This document shows, piece by piece, positions 35,688 to 46,608 of a stretch of 62,573 bases of DNA. Within the stretch, counting starts at the first letter, position 1, and the number at the start of each line of letters is the position of its first letter. The position numbers were made by a program, and so were the translations under genes. This stretch comes from Sphaerodactylus townsendi (taxonomy: Eukaryota): assembly GCF_021028975.2 (NCBI RefSeq), contig NC_059428.1, positions 156,675,428-156,738,000 on the forward strand, written 5' to 3'. Below the pieces are notes generated by a model. The model ran no database searches. It was not told the origin of the DNA and was given only the letters and a program-made list of their open reading frames with translations.

Positions 35688-38600
35688 AGAAGAAGAAGAA
35701 GAAGAAGAAGAAGAAGAGTTGGATTTATATCCCCCTTTCTCTTCTGTAGGAGACTCAAAGGGGCTTACAAACTCCTTTCCCTTCCCCCCTCACAACAAAC
35801 ACCCTGTGAGGTGGGTGGGGCTGAGAGAGCTCCGAGAAGCTGTGACTAGCCCAAGGTCACCCAGCTGGCGTGTGTTGGAGCGCACAGGCTAATAAATTCC
35901 CCAGATTCCTCCACAGCTCAGGCGGCAGAGCAGGGAATTAAACCCGGTTCCTCCAGATCAGAGTACACCTGCTCTTAACCACTGCACCACTGCTGGTTTA
36001 ATTGAGTGTAAAGCACCTTCACATATGTGCTTATTTGTTATCCTAGAGATTTTAGACACCCCCACGTTCTGTGTCCAAATCCTGCCCTGAATCTCACAGC
36101 TGTTTGTCGCTGTTGGTTGGGACACCAGCATCTCTTCCTAAGGAATTACCTGCCCCATGTATATTTTTCTAACTGACTGAGCCCCAACCCAACAGAATGG
36201 TTTCTAGTATAGTACCAAACTTCAGCAGTTATCTTCCACAAATGACTTAGTATAAAAACAGATTAGAGTGTTTGATATTTTGCAAGTCAGGGGTTTGAGA
36301 TTTGGAGTTTTGCCCGACATGACAATTCCTGTAATCTTTGCACCAGTGAACATCAACACATTTCCTTTCTGTTTCCTAGGTACTGGCTTGACCTAACTCC
36401 CGCAGACTTGATTTGGAACACTTCGGATACAGGTTGGGCAAAATCCGCATGGAGCAGTGTCTTTGCGCCATGGAGCCAGGGGGCAGGCGTCTTTGTCCAC
36501 GGCATGCCACGTTTCGAGCCAAAGCCTGTTCTTGAAGTATGTGACAAGCTTGTTAGCATTTCCCTAAGAACAGGGCTTTCCCCGAACAGGGTCACTGGGA
36601 GTTGCCAGGGTGAGTGGTCAAACTACGGCTCAGGCATAAAATCCCACACTGGGCCACAAAGCTCACTGGATAATCTTGAGCCAGTCACAACCATTCAACC
36701 TAATCCACCTCACAGGGCTGTTGTGACAATAAAACAAGGCAGACCTTTGTAGGACTCCCTGAACTCCTTGGAAGGACAGAATTGAAATGTGTTGCACCGA
36801 TACTATGGGGGTGAATCCTTATGGTCAAACTGGAATGATAAAACAGTTGGTTGAATTGATCTGTAATACCCCTGGCTTGCTGATCTCGAGAAACTAAGCA
36901 GAGTCAATCCAGGTTAGTAGAAGAAGAGAAGAATTTGAATTTATACCTCCCTTGTTTGCCTGTAAAGAGACTCAAAGGGGCTTACAAACTCCTTTCCCTT
37001 CCTCTCCCCACAACAGACACCTTGTGAGGCAGGTGAGACTGAGAGAGTTCCAAAGAACTGTGACTAGTTTAAGGTCACCCAGCAGGAATGCAGGGGCGTG
37101 GAAACAAATCTGGTTCACCATATAAGAGTCTGCTGCCCATGTGGAGGAATCAAACCTGGTTCTCCAGATTAGAGTCCACCTGTTCTTAACCACTAACCAT
37201 GTTGGACACAGTCCATCTGCTTTTAACTACTACACCACGCTGGCTGCCTAGTTCTTGAATGGGAGATTACCAAGGGAATCCTGGGCTGGCGCGCAGAGGC
37301 AGATAATGGCAAACCTACCATTCCATGGACTCACCTCTCAAAAAACCCACAATAGCCAGCAAACCACCTTATCTCACCCTGACCCAGTCTGGTTTTGTTT
37401 TGTTAAACTTTCCACCTTTTATAATCATTTAGACCCTGTCGAAGTTTCCCATAACAACTTTCTGTTCTGCGCCCACTGCTTATCGGATGCTTATACGCCA
37501 CGATTTAAGCAGGTAAGGAAGCTCTTAACTTCTTGTACTCTCAATGTGATTCAAAATTTCAGCCTTAGCGGTGTGAAAACGAGATCTCAGTGGCACACAG
37601 TGCAGCTCCAAAGAAAGGCACCTGAGTCCCCCAGCATTCCCACACTGAGCCAAAACTGTGAATTTACTTCAACACATAGGTAGAAAACCAGCCATCTGGT
37701 AAAGGCCCTGAATAATGCTTGGGGTCTCACCTGCAGGTATGTGTCAAATTTCGAATGGGCATAATTTGGCAGTTAAGAGAACGAGCTGTGAACCACAATA
37801 TCTCCAGCTGACACCCTTGAGGACCTCCTTAGACCACTCTCAAACGTCCCGGTTGCAAGATGGCGACATAAACGCAGGTCTGCCTCACAGTGGTGTTGTA
37901 AGGGTCACACAAAGATCATATGCAAGGAGGGGTCATTTTAGTTCAGGAAAGTGGCATAGGCAGAAGCTTAAACTTTCCCTCTTCTTGCTCCCTGATCCTG
38001 CTCAGATAGGGCCCTACTCACCTGATAATAGACTTTTAAGAAAAACCCATCGGGAGCTCTTACACCTAGAGCACAGGTGTCAAACTCGTGGCCCTCCAGA
38101 TGTTGTGGACTACAGTTCCCATCATCCCCTGCCAGAATGCTGGCAGTGGATGATGGGAACTGTAATGCATAACATCTGGAGGGCCGCAAGTTTGACACCT
38201 ATGACCTAGAGCCGTGGTGGCGAACCTTTGGCACTCCAGATGTTATGGACTACAATTCCCATCAGCCCCTGACAGCATGGCCAGTTGGCCATGCTGTCAG
38301 GGGCTGATGGGAATTGTAGTCCATAACATCTGGAGTGCCAAAGGTTCGCCACCACTGACCTAGAGCATGTTGGTTTGGTGCATCTCATGCAACTTTTAAG
38401 CTTTGAAACAAATCTGACTAGTAAAGTAGAAGGGCAGCCGCACATTTTCAGGACCCTTGCGGTTGTCCTCTTGACAACGCAGAACGTAGAATGAAGTGTC
38501 TTATCCTGCTTTTCAAAACTGTAGACTCCTCCTCCACAAAGAAATCACAAAACCGTTGGTCCTTTTCCCAACTGGCTGGTTCACCTCGATCTCTTTTCCT

Positions 38601-41600
38601 TTCCTTCTTCATCTTCAGTTACTCCTTCCGCAGTCTGAAGCACTGTGTGAGCGCTGGAGAGCCCATGAACCCTGAAGTGATGGAGGACTGGAAAAGAGAA
38701 ACAGGCTTGGATATCTACGAGGGCTACGGACAGACGGAAACGGTAGGCAGAGTGTGTTAAAAACTGAGGACCAGGCAACATTTCTGGGAAGGTTCCTACA
38801 ACCGTAGGTCAGCTTTGGGGGCTCTTTTTAAAACAGAAATGGCTTGGTGCACACAGGTGGACGTTCTCATCCCCTGCAGGGAATTGGTTGAAATAGCTTT
38901 TCTGCTCTGCCACGAGCAGAGTTTCAAGGTTCCCTGGGCTGAAAGGGGTGATGAGTTCATTCCATCTTTCTTCCTCATAGCTTTTTCTTTATAAGGTGAC
39001 CTCTGACAGCTTTTTGGAGACATTAGAGGCTTGCTGGGGGGAAGGAGAGATCTTGATAAACACCTCCATAACAGGTTTCTGTCTGTTCTGGTGGACACGC
39101 TTACCTTCCACTTTTGTCATTATGTACAGGTGCTGGTCTGCGGAACGTTCAAGGGGATGAAAATTAAGCCCGGCTCTATGGGGAAGCCGTCTCCTGCCTA
39201 CGACACTCAGGTATCATATCTCTGTGAGGTCCACTGAATAGTGGAAGGCTGCCGTACTCTAGCTTTTTGAAGCAAGAGGCCATTCTCAGCATGCCGCTTC
39301 TGCTCAATTCAGTAAGCCTTTATTGGCATATACACGATAGTTCCAGTTAAAATATAGTTCCAGTTAAAATATAGTTCCAGTTAAAAAATACAGTTCCAGT
39401 TAAAAGTGAATAGTAAAAAACTTCGCGTTTGTCATACATTCAGTTTACAAACTTCTGACAAAAACTTTGCCACTATAAGGCAACAATGAAAATCCTGGCA
39501 ATTTAAAAGCGTAACTACTTTATCTGATTCAGTATAATCAATCATAGGATCTATAGCTTGGGGTAGCAGGCTGGATCGGAGTTCTTGGTATAATACGCAG
39601 TTCAGGAGAATGTGTGGGATGGAATCCAGCTGTCCTATGCTACAGGTACAGAACCTCTTATCGCTTGGAAGACCTTTAAGTCTTCCTCTATGTAGCGGAG
39701 ATGGCACGATGTTAAATCTAGCCAGCATATAGGCTCTCCGGTGTATGGGATTTGTGAGCGCTGTAATGTAATAGGCTGGGTATCCCTGCGTGAAGGGAAT
39801 TGACATATTTGTTGGTGAACAAGATTTATTTGCCAAGCTCTGCAGTTTGTTGATAGTCCATGGCTAACAGCCTCTCTTTAATGAGGTCAAAAGTTTCAGG
39901 CCGTTTCTGCACGGGCAATTCATGGCGGCCTGGAGACGGTAAAAACACCGTCTCCAGGTCGCTTATTCGCGAGACGGGCTTAGCGCTGCAATCGCAGCTG
40001 CGCCGCCTCGCCGACCTGAAGGCGGCGTTTCCCCAGAGCGCTTCCCCAGCTTTTTTTTTAGTCGCCGGCATGAAGCCGCTGTCGAGCGACAGCGGCTTCA
40101 TCGCCCTCCACCAGGCACTCACCTTCTCTCGGGCGTTAGCGTCGCCGAAAGTTTGGGATACGCTTGGCCCTGCGCACCTGCTTCAGGCGCCAGAAGCTGC
40201 GGTCCCCAGCGACTCATGACGCCGAGGCCCGGACAGGCTGGTCGGCTCAGCGGCGCCCGGCTGCCAACTGCTTCAAAAGGACCGTCCATGCAGGCGGTCC
40301 ACGTCTTCAGGTCGGCGCAATCGCCCGACCTGCTGCCGTTCCGGCCGCCCGTCTTGAAACCGGCCTCAGTAAAGGTGAGCATGTTGAAGGAGTCGCTGTC
40401 ATAACCCAGTTCCCCGATCTTTGCTGTAACTGTTGTGCACCATTTTGAATGGTATGCCGCCGCTGCTGTTCTGGGGTGCCCCGCTCCATCCTAAAGCAGG
40501 CTGCGATCGCATCCCTTCGTCCTTAGGGCAGAGAGTGTTTCGTGTTTGTTTTCAGATAATAGATGAAGACGGCAACATTTTGCCTCCTGGGAAAGAAGGA
40601 GACATCGCCATCAGAATCAAACCGACACGCCCGTTTCCCCTTTTCACGCAGTACACGGTAAGGGCCACAGGAGAACGTCGGGGTCGCAGCCAGATGGGAA
40701 AAACGGAACCAATTCGTACCGTGGGTGGGGGCTGTCCCATGCCGGACTGCTCTTCAGTGCAAAGCAATTCCTTGCATGTTAAAAAAAAGAAAAGAAAGAA
40801 AACCAGGTAGTCAAGAAGATGGGTTCTACCTTCTCCACAACATGCAAGTTGTCTGCGCAGGACGTGTTTTTCTTGGGAGAGCATTTGATAATGCAAGACC
40901 CTTCTATATACCGGAAGATGAAGAAGGTGCCCCTAGGTTAACTGGACAGGAGATTTTTTAAAAATTAAAATGCCCTGCAGTCAAAAGCTATTCTCTTGAG
41001 GCTTTTAACCGGCATACAGTCCTCCAGCTCACATTCTTGCAATGTCCTTAACGCTGTTTTGAGCAACGTATGGGCGACAAATCAGCATTAATGCTGAAAG
41101 TGTACTTTTAGATAAGCCGACTTCCATACCCACCCCTCTTCATTGCAAAAACTAATACTCGCATGGGAGCAGCAGTGGCGTAGTGGTTAAGAGCAAATGT
41201 ACTCTAATCTGGAGGAACCGTGTTTGATCCCCCGCTCTGCCGCCTGAGCTATGGAGGCTTATCTGGGGAATTCAGATTAGCCTGTACATTCCAACACATG
41301 CCAGCTGGGTGACCTTGGGCTAGTCACAGCTCTACGGAGCTCTCTCAGCCCCACCTACCTCACAGGGTGTTTGTTGTGAGGGGGGGGAAGGGTAAGGAAT
41401 TTGTAAGCCCCTTTGAGTCTCCTATAGGAGAGCAAGGGGGGATATAAATCCTCCTTCTCCTTCTTGTTGCATCTGACAAATGCCTGTTAATAAATAACTC
41501 AGGACGATCCTAAGAAGACAGCCTCAACTGTACGTGGAAATTACTACGTCACTGGAGACAGAGGGCTTCGAGACGAAGAAGGCTACTTCTGGTTCGTAGG

Positions 41601-44600
41601 AAGAGCCGACGATGTCATCAATTCGGCCGGGTAATATCACGCGAGCAGTCAGCCTGCTCAGCGCTGGGGCTTCTCTGAAACTTGTTTCCCACCAGCAATC
41701 TGTAGCGAGGTAACTCAGAGCCTGCTCTTGCTTCTCAAGGTACCGCATTGGACCATTTGAAGTGGAGAGCGCCTTGATAGAGCATGAAGCCGTTGTGGAA
41801 TCTGCCGTTGTCAGCAGTCCAGATGCCCTCAGAGGAGAGGTAAAGGGTTACATCACTGACGGATCTCTAAAGTACAGCTCTAGAGCCAAAAAGTGGGCTG
41901 GATGTTCTGAGTGCCAGAAGATCAGATTCCCTGTATAGCAATGATCCCACCTTTATGCCCATCATGGAACAGAAGGTGGTCCTCCCACCTGCTTAGTTTC
42001 TGCAAGTTTGTAGCACCGTGTGCCTTCTAGTCCTACAGCCCCAACTGCCCTTCCTCTTCCCCCACTGAAGCTGCACTGATTGCCAACATTCCGTGACTAC
42101 CAATTGGAGCAGACGTTTGTATTTGCCACAGGGACAGCACTGGGAAAGTGCTCTCCCCTAACATGTAGAACGGATTGCTGGCCTTCCTACTGGGTTTCTG
42201 TGTGCCCCCTCCACAAACCTGGTCCCACCACCAGATACAAAGAGCCATAACACGGTGAATGCAATGAACCAGCCATGCAGTTCTACACATTATACTTGGG
42301 AGTAAGGCTCACTCAAGAAGAGGAGACTACTCTTGACCGCGCCCTCTGAAGAACGCAGCACGTGTTCTTTAGATTTTAATTCTTGGAAGGGAGGACGACC
42401 TGGGAATGTTGCCTGTCAGTCCAGCTGCTCACCTCAACAAACCGGATCTGCAAGCAGAAAGCTAGACAGCAGTCTGACAAAAAAACCCTCAACACTGAGA
42501 ACTCCCCACCCCTCCCCACCAATAGTGACATTCTGTTCTCTTTTCTTAGAAAGCACAAGCAGGCTGCAGGCAATACATACCCCAGATGGCTAACCCCAGT
42601 CTGAGCTATTGAGCCTTGATTGGAGATTGCAAATGCCTTAGCAGACCAGGTGCTTGGGAGCAGCAGCAGCAGCAGGCCATTGCTTTCACATCCTGCATGT
42701 GAGCTCCCAAAGGGCACTGCTAGCAGCAGAGTGCTGGACTAGATCAGGGGCAGGGAACCTGCGGCTCTCCAGATGTTCAGGAACTACAATTCCCATCAGC
42801 CCCTACCAGCATGGCCAATTGGCCATGCTGACAGAGGCTGTTGGGAATTGTAGTTCCTGAACATCTGGAGAGCCGCAGGTTCCCTACCCCTGGACTAGAT
42901 GAACTCTGGCCTGATCCAGCAGGCTCTCTCTTCTGTTCTTATTCATTCTGGGACAGACAAATAGTATTGGCTCCCTCCGCAACCCCAGGGAAGATCATCA
43001 GATGGCTTGTACTAACTTCCACCATCTTAAAGATTAACGTCAACCTTTTGTTTTTGAAGGTTGTGAAAGCCTTTGTCGTGCTGGCCCCTGAGTACGTCTC
43101 ACATGATCCCGAAAGGCTAACCAAGGAGCTGCAAGACCACGTCAAACAGGCCACCGCTCCGTACAAGTATCCAAGAAAAGTAAGTCAGGACCCGCTTACT
43201 TCACCGCCCCTCAGTTTATTATCAGTGCTGAGACATCTTACAGATGCTTCAGGTGTTTATGAATTCTGCTCAGGCAGCAGTAATGTCAGCAAAAGGAAAA
43301 TCTATGAGGCTGCAGATGGTCTTTGTGACTGCAACCAAAGAAGCTCCTTTGCTGCGTCAAGCCGAGGTCCCATCTAGTCCAGTGCTAGGTCCAAAAGCAG
43401 ATTTCCAGCTACCTCTGAAAGACCTCAGAAGGACACTGTCCCTGCCTCTCACAATCATGAACTGTGTTGTGTGAAGAAGCAACTTCCCTCACCTTTCCCT
43501 GCAAATCAGTTCGTATCAAATGCCTCAAGGAACACATAGAGTAGTCTTCTGAATTTGACTCTCCAATGTGAGATGAATATACTTCCAAAGGAGATGAAGG
43601 CCTGGCTCGGATAGCTCAGGCTACCCTGATCTTATCAGATCTTGGAAGCTAAGCAGGGCTAGTATTTGGATGGGAGACCTTCAAGGAATACCATGACTGT
43701 GATGCAGCGGCAGGCAAGGCCAAACCACCCCTGAACATCTCTTGCCTTGAATACCTCAACTGTGACTTGATGGCAAAAAAAGTGCGGCTACAGTAGACGT
43801 TTTTAAAAACAAATGGTTATGGGAACATTTTAGTCGCTCAAGGGTTCTCTTTCAAAGGGATCTCCTTTTTTGCAACACATCTCCTTCTGACACTACTGAA
43901 TGAACGTCGGCATTTGTTAGATTGGCTGCCGCAAAATCACAGCAGACTAATATGATTAACCCACTGGAGGGCTCCTACCTTCCCCCCTTCAGTAAAGGGC
44001 TACCAAGGTATTTCTATAATATATCTTCACCGCCGACGTACCTTATACGCCGACGTACCTTCTATAATATATCTTCACCTCCGACGTACCTTAATGCTAG
44101 CCCGACTGAACGTCCTACCCTCAGCAGTCCTGAGCGGCAGATTTCTCCAGATCCCATACCAACAAAGAACGTGCCCCTGCTCACAAAAAGCCATCAAAAC
44201 AATCAAGCACATCCTCCTAGATTGCGAACTATATGCTTCATCTAGAAGACAATATATAGACCCATATACTGAGAACTATGCCTACCCATTAGACAAGGTC
44301 AAATCTTTCTATCTGCTTTGTGATCAGTCTCCTCAGAGATCCTTTGATCGTTGCCAAATTCCTGGTAGCTTGGCAATAACAGATTCGCCACAGATTTTAG
44401 TTTATTTATTTATTGTTTTAACTGCTGAAAATGTCTGAACCTACTTATTTTAACTTGATTCTCCTCAACCTCTCTGTTGTATTTTAAACTCATGCCAATA
44501 AAAGGTTGATGATGATGATGATTAACCCATTGGAGCTGCACCTGTTCTATGTGCTTTCAATCATGTTTGGCCTCTGCTCGGGCCACTTGTAATTCTCGCT

Positions 44601-44699
44601 CTTGCCCAACAGGTGGAGTTTGTGCCGCATTTGCCAAAGACGGTCAGCGGGAAGATCAGAAGGAACGAATTGCGCAAGAAGGAGTGGGGAGAAGCTTAG
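31034..44699 (+). CDS. ACSM3: Acyl-CoA synthetase medium-chain family member 3, mitochondrial, 586 aa
   Basis: join(31034..31252,31817..32027,33704..33911,34837..34980,36380..36536,37433..37512,38619..38742,39130..39210,40556..40657,41503..41630,41740..41839,43060..43179,44613..44699) = 1761 nt, intact frame. Kozak ccacc[24 protein letters not shown] and CVSAGEP are ACSM3-type peptides. Lies between THUMPD1 and ERI2 as in human. Confidence 0.95.
31817..32027 (+). CDS. ACSM3: ACSM3 coding exon 2
   Basis: 211 nt, [12 protein letters not shown]...NVACLRT|gttagc. Confidence 0.95.
32228..33498 (-). mobile_element. solo LTR (ERV-like) with nested Harbinger MITE
   Basis: TG...CA ends, 10-bp terminal inverted repeat tgtaagcaat / attgctcaca, 4-bp TSD aacc at 32224..32227 and 33499..33502; minus-strand AATAAA near 32484. 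Confidence 0.75.
32817..33234. mobile_element. GC-rich PIF/Harbinger-type MITE
   Basis: TIR gaccctttccgcacg / cgtgcggaaacggcc, TAA TSD. Confidence 0.82.
33704..33911 (+). CDS. ACSM3: ACSM3 coding exon 3
   Basis: 208 nt, [22 protein letters not shown]... Confidence 0.95.
34151..34291. mobile_element. PIF/Harbinger-type MITE
   Basis: aga TSD on both sides; same family as 17449..17589. Confidence 0.8.
34837..34980 (+). CDS. ACSM3: ACSM3 coding exon 4
   Basis: 144 nt, [19 protein letters not shown]. Confidence 0.95.
35633..35717. repeat. compound microsatellite (AAC)n(AGC)n(AAG)n
   Basis: directly visible; forms the expanded tail of the adjacent SINE. Confidence 0.95.
35683..35995 (-). mobile_element. 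Squam3-like SINE
   Basis: family sequence, reverse. Confidence 0.86.
36380..36536 (+). CDS. ACSM3: ACSM3 coding exon 5
   Basis: 157 nt, [24 protein letters not shown]. Confidence 0.95.
36920..37245 (-). mobile_element. Squam3-like SINE inserted into a 5S-Sauria-like SINE
   Basis: 5S-like head at about 36870..36918 resumes at about 37250. Confidence 0.7.
37433..37512 (+). CDS. ACSM3: ACSM3 coding exon 6
   Basis: 80 nt, [26 protein letters not shown]+ag|gtaagg. Confidence 0.95.
38072..38203. mobile_element. palindromic hAT MITE
   Basis: TSD acctagag; same family as 4462..4594. Confidence 0.9.
38212..38357. mobile_element. palindromic hAT MITE (different TIR)
   Basis: TIR ccgtggtggcgaacct / aggttcgccaccactg; TSD acctagag. 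Confidence 0.9.
38619..38742 (+). CDS. ACSM3: ACSM3 coding exon 7
   Basis: 124 nt, [13 protein letters not shown]...YGQTET. Confidence 0.95.
39130..39210 (+). CDS. ACSM3: ACSM3 coding exon 8
   Basis: 81 nt, [27 protein letters not shown]. Confidence 0.95.
39305..40453 (-). mobile_element. 5'-truncated RTE-X-like LINE 3' end with nested GC-rich Harbinger-like MITE (about 39899..40400)
   Basis: [13 protein letters not shown]...RFCTC...[10 protein letters not shown]; candidate TSD atgccgc(tt/cg)ctgct at 39291..39304 and 40454..40467; 17-bp tandem repeat in its 3' UTR at about 39337..39405. Confidence 0.75.
40556..40657 (+). CDS. ACSM3: ACSM3 coding exon 9
   Basis: 102 nt, [34 protein letters not shown]. 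Confidence 0.95.
41166..41465 (+). mobile_element. Squam3-like SINE
   Basis: family sequence; ends about 35 nt upstream of the ACSM3 c10 acceptor. Confidence 0.86.
41503..41630 (+). CDS. ACSM3: ACSM3 coding exon 10
   Basis: 128 nt, DDPKKTAST...TGDRG...[10 protein letters not shown]. Confidence 0.95.
41740..41839 (+). CDS. ACSM3: ACSM3 coding exon 11
   Basis: 100 nt, [15 protein letters not shown]. Confidence 0.95.
42745..42892. mobile_element. palindromic hAT MITE inside a CR1-type 3' end (about 42620..42940)
   Basis: TSD gactagat at 42737..42744 and 42893..42900. Confidence 0.9.
43060..43179 (+). CDS. ACSM3: ACSM3 coding exon 12
   Basis: 120 nt, VVKAFVVL...TAPYKYPRK|gtaagt. Confidence 0.95.
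43970..44517 (+). mobile_element. 5'-truncated RTE-X-like LINE 3' end
   Basis: [16 protein letters not shown]...RTCPC...HILLDCELY; gccaataaaagg+(TGA)n tail; 18-bp TSD atgattaaccca(c/t)tggag at 43952..43969 and 44518..44535. Confidence 0.85.
44613..44699 (+). CDS. ACSM3: ACSM3 coding exon 13 (last)
   Basis: [28 protein letters not shown]. Confidence 0.95.
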   Translation: MEFVPHLPKTVSGKIRRNELRKKEWGEA

Positions 44700-45695
44700 A
44701 GCCCCCTGCTTTTTGCTTGCAAGAGTTTGTTCCGAGAACAGAGAGTTTTTATATTGTTTCCTTGTGTGCCGGCGCTGGATGGAAGACTCACAAGTCCACT
44801 CCCTCAGAAGCAGAGCCCGAGGGATTACAGCGAAGTACAGGGTCAGACCTTTGGGTGAGGATGAGTGGTTGAGCCGCCGCTCCCAACCTCACAAGAAATC
44901 CCCAAGCATCCTGCCAGGTTAACCAAAGTCAAGCGAAACTCTACTTCCAGATGTTGACTTGCGTAAGAACGTTGCGTACCCCACCCCCCACCCCAAGCCA
45001 CAAACAGATTGGCTTCCAAAACAGTGCTGTGAGTCTGATGCTGAAGCCAAAGTGATCAAACATAGAGTCTGGTTCCTTCTTTTTACCCTGACCAAAGCGA
45101 TTGAAGAATGACCAAGTATTCCCCACAGGGCGTATGCCCAGAGGAGACCGTCCATTCAGACTGCTTCAAACAGGATAACAATGCTGGCATCCAGTTCTGG
45201 CCTGTTTGGAGAGTTAAAACTGTATGTTGGCAGACTGGGAAAGGTCTGGAGCAAACCTAAGTCATTTTAATCAGGTTTGGTTTCAGCGGCTGAGAGATTG
45301 TGTTTGCCCACGCTCCCTCTGCGTGGCTGGCCCTTCAGTGAGCCCCCCCCCAATGCTCAGCCTTCCCAGTTCTTACCCATTACAAGTTCCTTTATCCACC
45401 TGAGCCCCTCAGCTAGTAGATGTTGAAAATCTGCCCACAGCCCAATTTTAGCAATCTCCCCCCTCCTGTTTATAAGTGAGCACAGAAGAACCAGTATGCT
45501 GTAGTTGTTAAGAGAGGAATCCACATTGCCTCTTAGCTTGAGAAACAACTTTTAAGTCGTAAAACCAGATGCTGCTCTTCATGCCTTTCGTAATGGTGGA
45601 CGTGCGCCATCAAGAACAGAAAGGAGCCCTGCAATACTGCTTTGTAAGCTAAGCAACTTTTCCTTAAGTCGACACTGAAGGCTGTTCTCCTAGAC

Positions 45696-45843
45696 CAGGC
45701 GTAGGGAACCTGCGGCTCTCCAGATGTTCAGGAACTACAATTCCCATCAGCCCCTACCAGCATGGCCAATTGGCCATGCTGACAGAGGCTGATGGGAATT
45801 GTAGTTCCTGAACATCTGGAGAGCCGCAGGTTCCCTACCCCTG
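45696..45843. mobile_element. palindromic hAT MITE
   Basis: TSD tcctagac; almost identical to 42745..42892. Confidence 0.9.
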
Positions 45844-46119
45844 TCCTAGACATTTCAGGAGCAAACAACCTAGCTTCCTAGCTCCATTTCAATGAATGAT
45901 CCCAGCTCTCCAGCTGTTGAAAAGTCTTGGAATCTGCATGTCAGTTTAGAAGACAGGCAGTGGGATCCTCAAGTTTGATGGCAAGCTGGCGCAACCGTCT
46001 GGCTTTTCTAGGCCACACAAAACCAAAAGAACATCCCATTGCCCAAAAGCTTATCAGCTTTCCCTTGGTTTGCTGGAGGGGAAAAGCCAACTGAGGGTTA
46101 ATTTGTAAAGCACCAAGTT

Positions 46120-46141
46120 TTTATTTCATTCTATTAATAAA
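46120..46141. terminator. adjacent convergent poly(A) signals: ERI2 (minus, 46120..46125) and ACSM3 (plus, 46136..46141)
   Basis: TTTATT and AATAAA are 10 nt apart, between the two stop codons. Confidence 0.5.
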
Positions 46142-46608
46142 GGACTAAAAAAAATTTAAAGGTTAAAACCATGATGGCTACTTTGTACATAATTTATGAA
46201 GGCAGAAACAGGGCTAAAGCCCCATGGTTCAGCTCTTTAAATCCACAATGGGTGCATGGCTCCAGTTATCTAACAATGTCAGCTGTACAAGTCATAAAAA
46301 GGATCACACAGGTCGTAAGCTCGGATTGTATGAAAAATAAATACACTGCAATAGGAAACCCAGGAACTTTCTTTGTTCCAATTAACCCTGATCACAGAGT
46401 CCAACCCCTCCAGAGTCTGGAATGTTTAAATGTCTATTCCACTCTGGTTCATCCTTCTCCCTTTGATTCTTGTAGCTTCGCACCATCAGCTTCCTAAAAC
46501 ATTTCCCAGACAACCTGTGGGACAATTATGCCCCTGGGGAACCAAATTTAGCAACCTCCCAACTTGCAGGCGCACACACAGTAAGCGAGGCCAACTGTGG
46601 ATGCATTG

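Noticed and set aside
35552-35892. Poly-Leu, poly-Ser/Arg and poly-Ala/Glu ORFs
   Set aside because: These are translations of a microsatellite plus SINE.
39826-40489. Cluster of GC-rich ORFs suggesting a hidden gene or CpG promoter
   Set aside because: Explained by a GC-rich Harbinger-like MITE nested in a LINE fragment. The same applies to 32634..33293.
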